Of a DNA stretch of 63,742 nt, positions 39,983 to 52,984 are shown one piece after another. The notes beneath the pieces were generated by a model. The model did no database searches and was not told where the DNA came from. It worked only from the letters and a program-made list of their open reading frames with translations. The DNA comes from Octopus bimaculoides (Eukaryota): assembly GCF_001194135.2 (NCBI RefSeq), contig NC_068990.1, positions 41,126,289 to 41,190,030 on the forward strand, in the 5' to 3' direction. Position 1 is the first letter of the stretch, and every line of letters begins with the position of its first letter. The translations under genes were made by a program, and so were the position numbers.

Positions 39983-40307
39983 GGTGAAGGCGCGTGTCAT
40001 GGTGGTTATGTTATCCGGTTTATGATCGTCACGTCTTGAGTTCGATTCCCGGAGGCATGTTGGGTACTTGAACAAAACACTTCATTTCACGTTTCTTCAG
40101 TCTGCTCAGCTGACAAAAATGAGTAGTACCTGTATTTCAAAGGGACAGCCTTGTCACATTCTGTGTTACGCAGAATTTCCTTAAGAACTATATTCAGGGT
40201 CCGTGTGTCTGTGAAGTGCTCAGCCACTTATAAGGTTATTTCCACGAGCAGGCTCTTTGCTGATCGAAATAACTGGAACTCTTCTCATCGTAACCGACGG
40301 GGTACCA
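39983..40307 (+). mobile_element. tRNA-derived SINE, head B + tail Y
   Basis: GGTGAAGGCGCG...GAGTTCGATTCCCGG head. From ~40126 it matches the tail of the 26232 copy. Confidence 0.85.
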
Positions 40308-40965
40308 GATCTTTCTTCCATATCCAGAACACGTTTCGTCTCATAATATCTCTCAAAAAATATTTGGCATAAAGTAGGATTATGGTTTGAGTTATTGTAG
40401 AAAACATGCAACTGAGAAATCGTTTCTTTGAGTCAGAGTTTTGAAGTTTCTCATGAACTTATAACGACTTCGCTACTCCAGGTAGATGATATAGAGGAAA
40501 CATAATCAGAATAGTTTAAATAAAATGGAAGTTACTTCTCCTTCTCATCGTTTGAGGGTGAAAACTGGGATATATTTGCCTCATCTAATTTATTCGGATT
40601 CTATATATGTTATTATACTCATTATATATTTATGTGTTAGTCATTACTAAAAGAATGATGTCGTGTTAATGTTGATTTGTCATAGAAATTACATTAATAT
40701 TTAATTATTCTGGTATTTCCGTATAAAACAATTACAGACATGAATAGCATTGTGCGCGTGTGTGTGTATATATATATATATATGTATGTGTATATGTTGT
40801 GTACTTATGTATGTGAGTTATGATAAATATGGTAATATGTTAAATGTACGCATACAATTATGTCTTCTTTACGTCCATTCTTCTTTCCCTTACATATACA
40901 TACAATAATATATAAGTGTATATGACACCAACCAAACGTATACACCTAGACAAAACATCTGTATG

Positions 40966-41004
<39 letters not shown>

Positions 41005-41349
41005 TTTGTATCTGGTTTGCAAGATTCTTTACGCGAATTCGTATGTTGAAATAAATTTGTAAATGTATATACCGGTTTTTGTTTTGTACGTCTGTGTGTG
41101 CAAGTACAAGTATATATGAGTGTGTATATGGTCATTCGTTATTTTAAGGAAATTTTTAGAATAGCAACTAAATACTTACTAGTTGGAAGACACAATATTA
41201 CAAGTAAAATAAAAAAATTATGGCAATGTTCGTTTTTACTGAAACAATTTTCTCCTGACGGTTTAATCAAACAATCTGACTGAAACAACCGAGGCGAAAT
41301 TTAAAGTCTCAGTCAAAACGAATTCTATGTATGTATATATGTAGGTATG

Positions 41350-41391
<42 letters not shown>

Positions 41392-41720
41392 TATTGTTAT
41401 ATTTATTTATCTATCTACCTATCTATATATCTATATCTATCTATCTGTCTATCAGCATATATATACATATATATGAGAGGTTTTGATATCCAGAAGATAC
41501 AGAAGGCAGGTAAGGCTATGTAAGTGCTACGAAAGGACTGCTGTTAGACTCTCGGTTCGATAATAGTATGAGTGAGGAGTCTAATACGGATCGTATGTGA
41601 GCGTGTATAGGTTAAATAAAATAAGACAACAAAGCCAAAGCAATATTAAATTTCTAGGACATTTTACAATGTGAAGGGTAGTCTTACAGAAGATTCAGGG
41701 ATTTAAACTCTCTCGTACAC

Positions 41721-41764
41721 TCTCTGATGATGGGATATCTTTTATATCCCTGAAACAGCTGTAA
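41721..41764 (+). ncRNA. Minimal type-I hammerhead ribozyme motif in a Penelope-like repeat
   Basis: TCT-CTGATGA-T-GGGATAT-CTTTT-ATATCCC-T-GAAA-C-AGCT-G-TA-AGA: 7-bp helix II, 1-bp helix III with a palindromic loop, 3-bp helix I. Confidence 0.7.
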
Positions 41765-42924
41765 GACTACATTTTCACACAGGAAAAATATAGGTAAATT
41801 TGTTGTTGAAAATGCACCTAAATTTGAAAAACTTGTAATTGTTTAAAATAAATTTATTTGCATATATACCAAACTAGTTTCAACAATATTTTTTGTTTAT
41901 CAATGGTAAAAATTTAGAATTATGAATTAGAAAAACATGTTCAAAAATCCCTATGTTAACAAGTTTAAATGTTCATAACAGTCAATAATATTAAAACTGT
42001 GTATTTGTTTGAATGTACAAAGTTCATTAGTATTAATAGTGATTGACAAGAAATGAGTATCAAGTTTCAGTCATACTGAATTAANNNNNNNNNNNNNNNN
42101 NNNNNNNNNNNNNNNNNNNNNNNNNNNNNNNNNNNNNNNNNNNNNNNNNNNNNNNNNNNNNNNNNNNNNNNNNNNNNNNNNNNNNNNNNNNNNNNNNNNN
42201 NNNNNNNNNNNNNNNNNNNNNNNNNNNNNNNNNNNNNNNNNNNNNNNNNNNNNNNNNNNNNNNNNNNNNNNNNNNNNNNNNNNNNNNNNNNNNNNNNNNN
42301 NNNNNNNNATATATATATATATAGTGAGACATCTGTACAGGATTGGATTTAAGTACGATATTGTTCAATACTGTTGTCACTCTCCCAGTCACCATAGTAG
42401 ATTCTAGTGACAAACTTTGCAAGGATGACTGGTACTATTTTGATTGCAACTTTTATGCCATAGTCTTTCTCCTAGAAGAGCTGCTTTCCCAATGGTTTTG
42501 TCAAAGATAACGGGATCCTCCTCTAACCTTGGAAAATCTATTTAACCTTAGGTGGGTCTCTGAGAGTTACTATCGTTCGTTGGTAGAACAAATCAGGGGA
42601 CAATGACAATTAAGGGGTGACTCCATACTTCCCACGACTCCAGAACTCCTGAACTGGAGTTTCGCCACAGGAGGTAATTTAATATCATAGCCAGAACATT
42701 ATATAGAATAACCTAAATAGCTAGAGATTAATCATGCATCTGCCTGGGCAAGATATTTTGAGCACTTTGTTCATGCATAAGACTCTCTTCTCTTTATCAG
42801 ACTGACGTTGATCCGAAGGAACAACCGCCGACTTTTACCGATACACCAATGCATCAATGCTATCACAGGCTTTATTTTCAGTCTGCAAAGCATCTCCCTC
42901 GATCTGCAAGCAATTTCGCTTCTC

Positions 42925-43075
42925 GACTGACGTAAATTGGTACTGAACTTATCGATCTCTGTAAGACGGCAAGCAAAGTCGATGGTGGCGGGTTTTGAAC
43001 TCAAAGCACAGAGATTCAGCGCAAATACCGGGAAGCAATCTATCCAACGTTGTAACGACTGTGCTGCCAGTTCGC
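42925..43075 (-). mobile_element. Degenerate family M SINE
   Basis: TTGGTACTGAACTTATCGATC...GGCAAGCAAAGTCGA...TTTGAACTCA. Confidence 0.75.
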
Positions 43076-43601
43076 AGGCTTTAAGATTCTATAAAGTTAC
43101 CAATAAAATTCGGTCTTGCAGAAAGATATAAGCCTGTAATGAAAGGAAATGTGAATGAAGAAATGAAAGAGAAAAGATGCCGACAAAGGCATGATTTACC
43201 AAACAGAAATAATGTTTCATTGGACATGTTACAATCAGGAGATGTATTTTTTTCTCTAAGTGAACTGCGGCTTTTCTAAATGATATATTTCCTCTTTTTA
43301 TCCTAATCAAGAAACATCTTACATAGTTTTCGCGAAGCTAAACAAAATGCAGGTAACAAAATAATGCATTGAAAATAAAGACATCAGTAAACCCACTCTG
43401 TATATAAGTTATTGAAACGGTAAGTAATCCTATATGATTATACATACATGCATACATACATACATTCATACATACATGCATACACACACATACACACACA
43501 CACAAAAACACACACGAATGCAGATAGATAGATAAATAGATAGATATATATACAAACATAAAATTATATATACATATGCATGTATTTATACATGTATATA
43601 C

Positions 43602-43644
<43 letters not shown>

Positions 43645-43964
43645 AATACACATACACACACATATGTATGTATATGTATGTTTATACGCGCACACATACA
43701 TTCATTTATTCTTATATCCATGCATAATATTTCTCATCCCCACTGTCGCTGCCTTGACATATTTTGCCAATGGCTAGCTATTTATTGTGTAATCACTTAC
43801 ATATTTCTTTGCATTCGTCTTTTATAGTTTTACCGTCGTCGTCTCCTCGCATCTTTCCTCAAATGCTTTGTATTATACCATATAACGCTGCTCTTCTCAA
43901 ACAGCTACCATTGCCTCACAAATATCCTGAGGCGGAGACCATTATTCTTCGAAAAGACGAGGCA

Positions 43965-44035
<71 letters not shown>

Positions 44036-44086
44036 CATATATATACATATATATGTATATATATATGTATATGTATATATATAAAC

Positions 44087-44118
<32 letters not shown>

Positions 44119-45097
44119 ATACATATATATATATACATGTGTGTATGGATGTATGTATGTATCTTGTATCTTTGTAAATATGTATATGCATTTATTGTAT
44201 GTATACACACATACATATATAATATATATACGTACATATACATACATATACATGCATATTTGCATATATATATATATATGCGCGCGTGTGAGTGTGTGTT
44301 TGTATATATGTATGTATGTATGTATGTATGTTTGCATGTATGTATAACATTATAAAGACTGAAGCAAAAAGAACAAAAGAAAATGGACACTACTGCGATT
44401 TTCGAATACACCACAATAACAAGAACAACAAAACAGTAGACCATCAGAAACAACGCTAACAACAATAACAACAACAATGACAACAACGACAACAAAAACT
44501 ACCACCGTATTAATTACAAACGTAAGAATAGCGTTAGCAACAATAGGAAGAGGACCTCAGTCGTGTGTGGTTTTTGTCATTCGTTTGTCTGACGCTAATT
44601 TCAGAAATATTTTATCTTTCCTTGTTTCTACCTGACTATTTTGTAAGAGTTCCATCCCCCTTCATCTTTATTAAAAATGTATTCCGTTTTGACGACAGTG
44701 ATAGCGTGTGTTCGATTTTATGGGTTTCGGCAAGAACCACGGTGTCTCCAAAGTAATCAACTATATGCAATACATATTTATTGTGACGTAAATGTGTTGT
44801 AATTTATCACAGAGCGAACAACAGTTTTGGTTGTTTGGGCTCTTTTTGTTTGTTACTGCTGTTGATGATAGCGGTGATGGTAGTGACTCTGGTGGTGGCG
44901 ATGGTATTAGCGTTGTTAGTGGCGATGGTAATAGTAATGGTAGTGAATGATAGTGCTGTTAATCGTATTTGCGGCAATGTTCTAGCTGGAGTTATTTTGT
45001 GAATTATAGTTCATATCGGGATAAATATGAAAATGCAAGAAAAAAGTAAAAGAAAATAGAAAAACGAATGAATGAACATATCTCTACCGTTTATATT

Positions 45098-45145
<48 letters not shown>

Positions 45146-45337
45146 TATATATATTTGTATGTATCATGTGTGTGCGTGCGCGCGTGTGTGTACATCTAGG
45201 CTTATATATTGATAGATATACACAAATATGTCATGTATGGACACATACTATTACTGACAAACTTATTGCTACTTATCCATATAAGAAATAAGGAATAAGA
45301 AATATATCCATCACCACAACAGATCTGCTGTTTGTCT

Positions 45338-45590
45338 TCTGATGTACAGCGTACGTCTTATGATGTACATCCTGTTTTCGGATGTACATCATATACTTTA
45401 TGATACAAGGCTTCCCTCCTATGAAGTACAACCTGTGTCAAATGTATACATTATTTGACATATGTCTGATGATGTACAACTTATGATTTCTTATGATATA
45501 TAACCTATATCATATGATATACAGCCTCCGGCTTATGATGTACAGCATATGCTTTATGATATGGGACTTATGTTTTATGGTGTACAGATA
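45338..45590. repeat. Degenerate 21-nt-period minisatellite with a TATGATGTACAG core
   Basis: Core GAT positions at 45341, 45362, 45381, 45402, 45423, ...45495, 45516, 45537, 45558 and 45579. Confidence 0.85.
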
Positions 45591-46396
45591 ATATTTGAAG
45601 TTATGCATATGAACGGTTTAGAACAATCAATGTGAAATGTTCTCTGATTATAATATCATGTATTGCGTGATTTTTGAAGAATAACTATAAAGGTCACCTG
45701 TTCTATGACATGAAGAAACTGTTACTAGATACTTGTTCTAATCTAGTTGGAGTTAATGAGATAGATTTTACCCTTCTATAGTGATGTATTCAGTTACAAT
45801 TTACCACAGTTTTACCTTGACAAGATGACTTTATACCTTCGGAAATTTGATTTCCATTGCCTAGGCCCAAACCGTCCCTAATCCTGAAGAACCAAGATCA
45901 AAAGCATTCCAAGCATTCTATGTCAAGAACATTATTTAAGGAAATTTGGTTAGTAAGTTAGGCAACTACCTTGAGACTTTTCTCTCGAGCTGCAGTCTAG
46001 AGGTGTCCATTTAAAAATAACCTTAAAAAACATATTTTGGAACATTCTTATTCTAAGACACAATCAGCTTATTAGTTTATCATATGTTGCAGTGAAAACT
46101 ACACTGCTGAAATTATCACAAAAATGATGAGCAAAATAATCTCATTTTTATTTTTAACACCTATCGCGCATTGAGTTTCGAGCCCTACCGATCAGTGATT
46201 TCCATTAAAAAGTCTTATCTCCGTTCTTCATCCTATTAAACTTTCACACATGTTAGCCTGGAGAGGCATTTAAACATAGTAAAGACCTTAATATAAATAA
46301 ATATATTTAAAGGGAATAATTAATAAATGTTTCCCTTATGAGGTTTTTCACGCTAACTACTTGATAAATTCTTCTAAAGATTTAATCCTATATATC

Positions 46397-46586
46397 TTTT
46401 ACTTGTTTCAGTCATTTCATTGCTGGGCACCGCCTTGAAGAGTCTTTAGTCGAAAGTATCAACTCCAGTACTTATTTTTTTTTTTATAAGCCTGGTACTT
46501 ATTCTATCGTTCTCTTTTCCTGAACCGCTAAGTTACGGGAAAGTGAACACACTAGCACCAGTTCTCAAGCGGTGGAGTTGGGACAG

Positions 46587-46638
<52 letters not shown>

Positions 46639-46800
46639 GACGGGCTTCTTTCAGTTTCCGCCTGCCAAATCCACCTACAAGGCTTTGGTCGGCCCAAGGC
46701 TATTGTAGGAGACATTTGCCCAAGGTGCCATGCGGCAGAACTGAACCCGGGATGATGTGGTTGGGAAGCAAGTTTCTTACCGCACAGCTACGCCTGCGCC
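46397..46800 (-). mobile_element. CORE-like tRNA-derived SINE, full length
   Basis: Reverse of GGCGCAGGCGTAGCTGTGCGGTAAG...CCTTGGGCAAATGTC...GACTGAAACAAGTAAAA. Confidence 0.92.
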
Positions 46801-47082
46801 TAATAGTTTAATGCACAGAGTATACAGTTATGACCTACTAATAGTTTCACACATTGAAGAAGTCATCTAGATAGGTTTTAAAACATGCCTAGTGCCTCCA
46901 AGTAATCCTTGGGCTCTGGTCACATGGCCCTTACAAGTGACAAATCAGGACAAGAGAATAGGAGAAAACGCGAGAAAAAAAAAACGAGATAAAAGTGAGT
47001 TCAAAAGTCGAGTTGTGTCCGTAAGACTAGATGGTGTAGAATCAACAGTAGTGGTCCAAAGTCTACGATACAGCTGCCCAAT

Positions 47083-47202
47083 CCAATTCGCCAAAAGAAA
47101 TGTGTCCATATGTTTGTATTTGCTGAAAACTTCTGATCTGGAATTCAGCAGTGTAGAGGAATTCTTGTATCCAAAAAGGATATGCGATTTTTCGGCTAGA
47201 CA
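47083..47202 (-). mobile_element. Penelope-like element ORF C-terminus (end of the GIY-YIG region), relic
   Basis: CLAEKSHILFGYKNSSTLLNSRSEVFSKYKHMDTFLLAN matches the PLE pattern CL.EK..IL......LLN.RSE..SKCRH.NKFLL.N. Confidence 0.75.
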
Positions 47203-47396
47203 GGATTTTTTGTTTGTTTGTTTTGTTTTTGCTTTGTTTTTTTTTAGAGAGGGGGGGTCCATTAAAAGATAGCATGGATTTTTCTACGATGGTCGGATCG
47301 GGCAATGGTAAAAACATTTGCTTTAGGAGACGCGGAGTGAGCCTGAACACTAAACATGAGTGCGAAGCTTTCTTCTTAACTACACAGCCATACGTG

Positions 47397-47431
<35 letters not shown>

Positions 47432-48020
47432 GCATATATACATACATTCATACATAGGTACATATATATGCATCGGTGTGTGTATATATATATATATATG
47501 TATGCGTTTCTGTATGCGCACACTTAAACACACACACACGCACACACACATAATGTTCTGAGACACTCCGTGTTCTTTAACATTCGGCGCCGTGTAGGGA
47601 GATTCCCTCAGGCGCTATCCCGCAGTAAATGGGCATTGGATCAAAAGACATGCACTATGAATGTGCTTCCAATAATGTTTACATTACTAGAGCTGCTTTT
47701 AATTCGTAATTTAATTTTTTATGTCATTTGTGCTACGCTACAGCATATCAGACTTCACTCTATTTGCATATAAATTCATTTTGTTTCGAGGTGATCTGTG
47801 TGTATGAAATTCATAAACCAGAATAATGGCGAAATATCGGTATCTATCATTCTCGATCATTTCGAGGCAAATTGTCTCAACTGGTCTGGGACACTCGGAG
47901 TTCTTTAACACACGCTATCCCGCAACAAATGGATGTTTAATCAAAACACATACACTATGTTCGTGCGAGCGATAAACTTTACATTACTAGAACAGCTTTT
48001 GATTCCTAATTTAGTATATA

Positions 48021-48051
<31 letters not shown>

Positions 48052-48078
48052 GGGGGGGGGNNNNNNNNNNNNNNNNNN

Positions 48079-48122
<44 letters not shown>

Positions 48123-48722
48123 TGCGTGTATAACAGAAATACTTTGTAAGCAAAAAGTAGAGATCATTAACTGACTATAAGGTTTAATTCAAGTGTAGAG
48201 TTTCCTATTCGAATTAATCATGGGAGGAATGTGACTTCGAAGTTACAGCATGTGTTTGACATCTTTAGTACTAATAAACCATACACCAGACGAAACGTTG
48301 AAAACACTGGCTATTAAATTATCCCTCACATACATGCACACAAACACATGTGTGTGTGCGTGTGTATACATACATACATACATACATGCACACGTTCTCG
48401 GTTACGCATATGTGAACACGTATAAACATTTACATATCTGACAATGTTTATGTTGAAATATTTCAAAGAATACCTTTACGCATTGCTTTCATGCGTTACT
48501 CATTTANNNNNNNNNNNNNNNNNCCCCCCAACTTCATCAGGTAACACTTGGCGTAGAGAATTCAAATAGATTGAGAAAACAGCTGATAGTAACAACAAAC
48601 AAGAACATTACAGCAAGAAATTATTAACAGTAGGACAAAATGTGTTAACTGAATGAAAGGATAATGGAAGCAACATTAAAAGTCTCTCTCCCACTCCCCC
48701 TCTCTCTATCTCTCCCTCTCTC

Positions 48723-48793
<71 letters not shown>

Positions 48794-48964
48794 TATATTC
48801 ATATATATATGTGTGTGCTTGTGTGTATGTGTATATATATGTATGTATATATATTATCTTTTACTTGTTCACTCATTAGACTGCGACCATGCTGGGGTAC
48901 CGCTTTGAAGGGTTTAGTCGAACAAACATACAGATGTATGTATGCTTGTATGTATGTATGCTTG

Positions 48965-48995
<31 letters not shown>

Positions 48996-49381
48996 GTAAG
49001 TATTTATGTGTCTGTGTATTTGTGAAGGAGGACAAGAAACGCCGAGGCATAATAAGCATCTCGATTCATATACATTATTATATATTATTAAACATCAATT
49101 AATTCAAGAATAATATATGAATTAAGATGCTTGTTATGCTTCGGCGTGTGTTGACCTATTTCACAAATATATATCTGTTAAATCGGAAACTTAATATGGT
49201 TCCATAGCACCCGTCTTAGTTACGAGCTTGGAACCCTGATAATCCATTACACCATTTACCCAACGTATGTATTCGTCTAGATCACTAGTGAACTAAACCC
49301 CCATATTCTGTACATATATATATACATACATACATATATTCATAGATACACATATACATACATATAAACATACATATATAC

Positions 49382-49425
<44 letters not shown>

Positions 49426-49439
49426 CCGCATGTTCAAAT

Positions 49440-49635
49440 TTGGCGATTTTCTTTCTCCGTCTTCCCTTCTTTGGACTTTCCCTATATTTCTGACGAAGAT
49501 CTCCAATCGAAACGTTAGATCCTCTTTCTTTTATTTCCTTTCCTGAGCGTCCAATAACACTGTACTTTTTGCACGTCCTTGCGTTGTTTTTTCGCGTTTT
49601 TTTCATGTTTTTTCTTGTTTGTTCTTGTTTAAATT
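49440..49635 (+). mobile_element. Penelope-like terminal-repeat fragment containing a hammerhead motif
   Basis: Homologous to 55700-55900(-). Contains CTGACGA...GAAACGTT. Confidence 0.7.
49486..49520 (+). ncRNA. Minimal type-I hammerhead ribozyme motif
   Basis: ATTT-CTGACGA-A-GAT-CTCCA-ATC-GAAA-CG-TT-AGAT: intact core, helix I of 4 bp (one G.U), helix II of 3 bp, palindromic ACGT in place of helix III. Confidence 0.7.
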
Positions 49636-49676
<41 letters not shown>

Positions 49677-49677
<1 letters not shown>

Positions 49678-49867
49678 GTGGGATGCTGAAATGTTCCTGA
49701 CTTTGGTAAAAGAAAATACAGGAGGGTCAGTTAATTATGATTTAATTCAATATATCTCCGTCTCAGATTCACCCACTTATTACAGTGTTTCAGAGCTCGA
49801 AAGTTTGGGCCTCCAGCCAGGCCTTTCGCGAGGCCTTTGAAGCCAGGAATATTTCAGCATTCCCTTG
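49677..49867. mobile_element. ~190-bp mariner-type MITE
   Basis: TIRs (TA)CGTGGGATGCTGAAATGTTCCTGACTTT / GAAGCCAGGAATATTTCAGCATTCCCTTG, inserted at a (TA)n run. Confidence 0.8.
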
Positions 49868-50745
49868 TGTGTGTGGGGGCGGGAGGTGCGATCGCACGTA
49901 TGTGTCATGTGGACAAATGAAATAAGGCAAATATCCGTAGTATTATTAGGAGTTTCCAAAAATGCTTAGTTTATACATCTGGAATATGACATGTATGTTT
50001 GTTATATCAAAAAATGACAATCTAATCAAGGTTTGCCGCGCGTTTTCCACCTTGTAAAACCCTATATAAGATAACGCAGATTACATTTCTACCGTGTATA
50101 TAAATAAAATACTATTGTTTTGCAATTCTTACATTACGCTGTATATACATGCGTACCAACTCACTCACACACATATATATATAAATGCATACATAATTAC
50201 ATTAATAAGCACGCANNNNNNNNNNNNNNNNNNNNNNNNNNNNNNNNNNNNNNNNNNNNNNNNNNNNNNNNNNNNNNNNNNNNNNNNNNNNNNNNNNNNN
50301 NNNNNNNNNNNNNNNNNNNNNNNNNNNNNNNNNNNNNNNNNNNNNNNNNNNNNNNNNNNNNNNNNNNNNNNNNNNNNNNNNNNNNNNNNNNNNNNNNNNN
50401 NNNNNNNNNNNNNNNNNNNNNNNNNNNNNNNNNNNNNNNNNNNNNNNNNNNNNNNNNNNNNNNNNNNNNNNNNNNNNNNNNNNNNNNNNNNNNNNNNNNN
50501 NNNNNNNNNNNNNNNNNNNNNNNNNNNNNNNNNNNNNNNNNNNNNNNNNNNNNNNNNNNNNNNNNNNNNNNNNNNNNNNNNNNNNNNNNNNNNNNNNNNN
50601 NNNNNNNNNNNNNNNNNNNNNNNNNNNNNNNNNNNNNNNNNNNNNNNNNNNNNNNNNNNNNNNNNNNNNNNNNNNNNNNNNNNNNNNNNNNNNNNNNNNN
50701 NNNNNNNNNNNNNNNNNNNNNNNNNNNNNNNNNNNNNNNNNNNNN

Positions 50746-50779
<34 letters not shown>

Positions 50780-51694
50780 TCTATATCGCCTTCACATAAG
50801 GTGGTCAATGATTGATTTCCAGGTGTATGACGATTCCATTGCATTTCTTAAATAATTGACTATGTATAAATCAATGATATCATTGATTGCATTCGAATGG
50901 TCAGTTGTATCTACCTGTCGGCATCCGTGGAATGACATGTTTTGATGACATTACCGGGATTTGAACACGTTACTTAGGTGACGTAACTAAAGGTTGTATA
51001 ATCAAACATTTGCTGCCACCTCGCGACACTATATACACCTACATAAATCCACATGCTTCATTGTGTATACGATCAGCAATGTACAAGCATGCATATATTC
51101 ATTATGACATATACAAACATACATACATACATACACATATGTGTATATATATATGCACACACAGACACACATACGTATAAGAAGAAAGTAAAACTAATTA
51201 TAAAATGTTTTTACAAGTATTTCTTGTGTATGAGAAAACATGGAGAATATGCATTGTGGTATTTTAGAAAAGAGAGGGTGGTATTGTCATGTAAAAGAAA
51301 AAATAGGTGTGGAGAGAGGTGTTGTTGAAAAATGTTCAATCTTCGTTGATTGATTGTTAACTGTTTCTTTGTTATTGTTCCATTTATTTCTGTCGCCTTT
51401 GGGATTCGCCTCCTTGTTACGTTTTCCAGCCTTTCATTGCCATATATTCCATCACAACCTATCGACTCTATATTTTTTTTCCCCCCATTCTTCTTACCCA
51501 GCGTTTCCTCTATATTTTATTTATTAACTATTTTTTTTACTTTTTTTTTTTTTAGCGAGTGTGTTTTATCTTTTCTCGTTTCACCTTGAAGACTTTTCTC
51601 GCAATTTTTTTCTTTTCGTTCGATATGTTTGTTTAATATTACAACCAACTGTTTCTATTTATCATAGATATTGCTGTTGTTTTTGTTGCTGTTC

Positions 51695-51765
<71 letters not shown>

Positions 51766-52024
51766 GTTAATGTTGGTGGCGTTCACGTTATTGCCTCAGT
51801 TCGTTTGATCCAAGATTACATCAATATAATGCCATTGTATTCTGGATCAAATAGAAGTCAGAGTGAGAAGGAAAGGAAGGGGTGCCGATGCTTCTTAATT
51901 TTCTTCCATTATTTCCAACACCCTATTTTTTTCTCTACCGAACTATTTTAAAGTATTCTCTTACTTGAATATATATCCAATCAACACCCGTATGCATTGT
52001 TGTTGTTGTTGTTGTGTATGTGTA

Positions 52025-52084
<60 letters not shown>

Positions 52085-52984
52085 TTATGTTTGTCTGCTT
52101 GTTTTTTCTCTACATCTATTGCATTCAATATTGTATTGAATATTCTCTCAGAGGTCACAGTTAATTTTCTTTTATGAAATGTGATATCCTCTTATATTTT
52201 ATGTCATATTCTTATTCTTACAATGGTCTTACTGAAATATGCAGCAAAAGATACACATGTGTGTGCATGTGTGAATGTGTGTGTATGTGTGTGTATGAGA
52301 GTGTGTGTATGTGCGTGTGTGCGTATGTGTGTATTTGTGCGTGTGCTATAGGATATACACACATAATATTGAATATGCACCATCAGATACATACATATAT
52401 TAATAAATATACATAAGATATATAGAAGATATCGATGCTTATTTGCTTTTGCATAATATTTAAGTAACAAAATATTGCCTAGAACCTCCACCTATAATCA
52501 TTTACAGACAAGTATATTCGTCTTGGTTTTTATAGACACATTATTACTGGCAATGTTCACACCAGTCTTCATCAAGAGCCTGTTGCATTTGGAAATATTT
52601 ATGGAACGTTGAACTGAACTCATTAAGATAGTTCTCATTCCATTGTCTTTAGTAAGGATAATACCCTTATTAGCTATTCCATTATTTGTGAAGCAGTTAC
52701 TTAATTATTCTTGAACAGGAATATATATATTTTGACTGAATCAGGTATTGAACGCTCGCCCACTAGCAAAACTGCTACACACAACACGAGAAACATCATC
52801 AGTTCCTTGTGTTCCCACACAAATGTGGTAGTCTAATTTATAACTAGTATATATATAGCTGATAGAGCTTCTATGCTATCGATTATGGAAAAAGCTGAGT
52901 ACGTCTTCTCTGAAGAGTAGTCAACATATCGTGAAACGGCCCGTCTGGAAACTTTTTCACTCATTGTATCACGTATCACATGAA

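Noticed and set aside
45338-45590. CRISPR array or reflectin repeat
   Set aside because: Eukaryotic context, ~9-nt spacers and no cas genes. It also lacks the M/FD(X)5MD(X)5MD reflectin motif.
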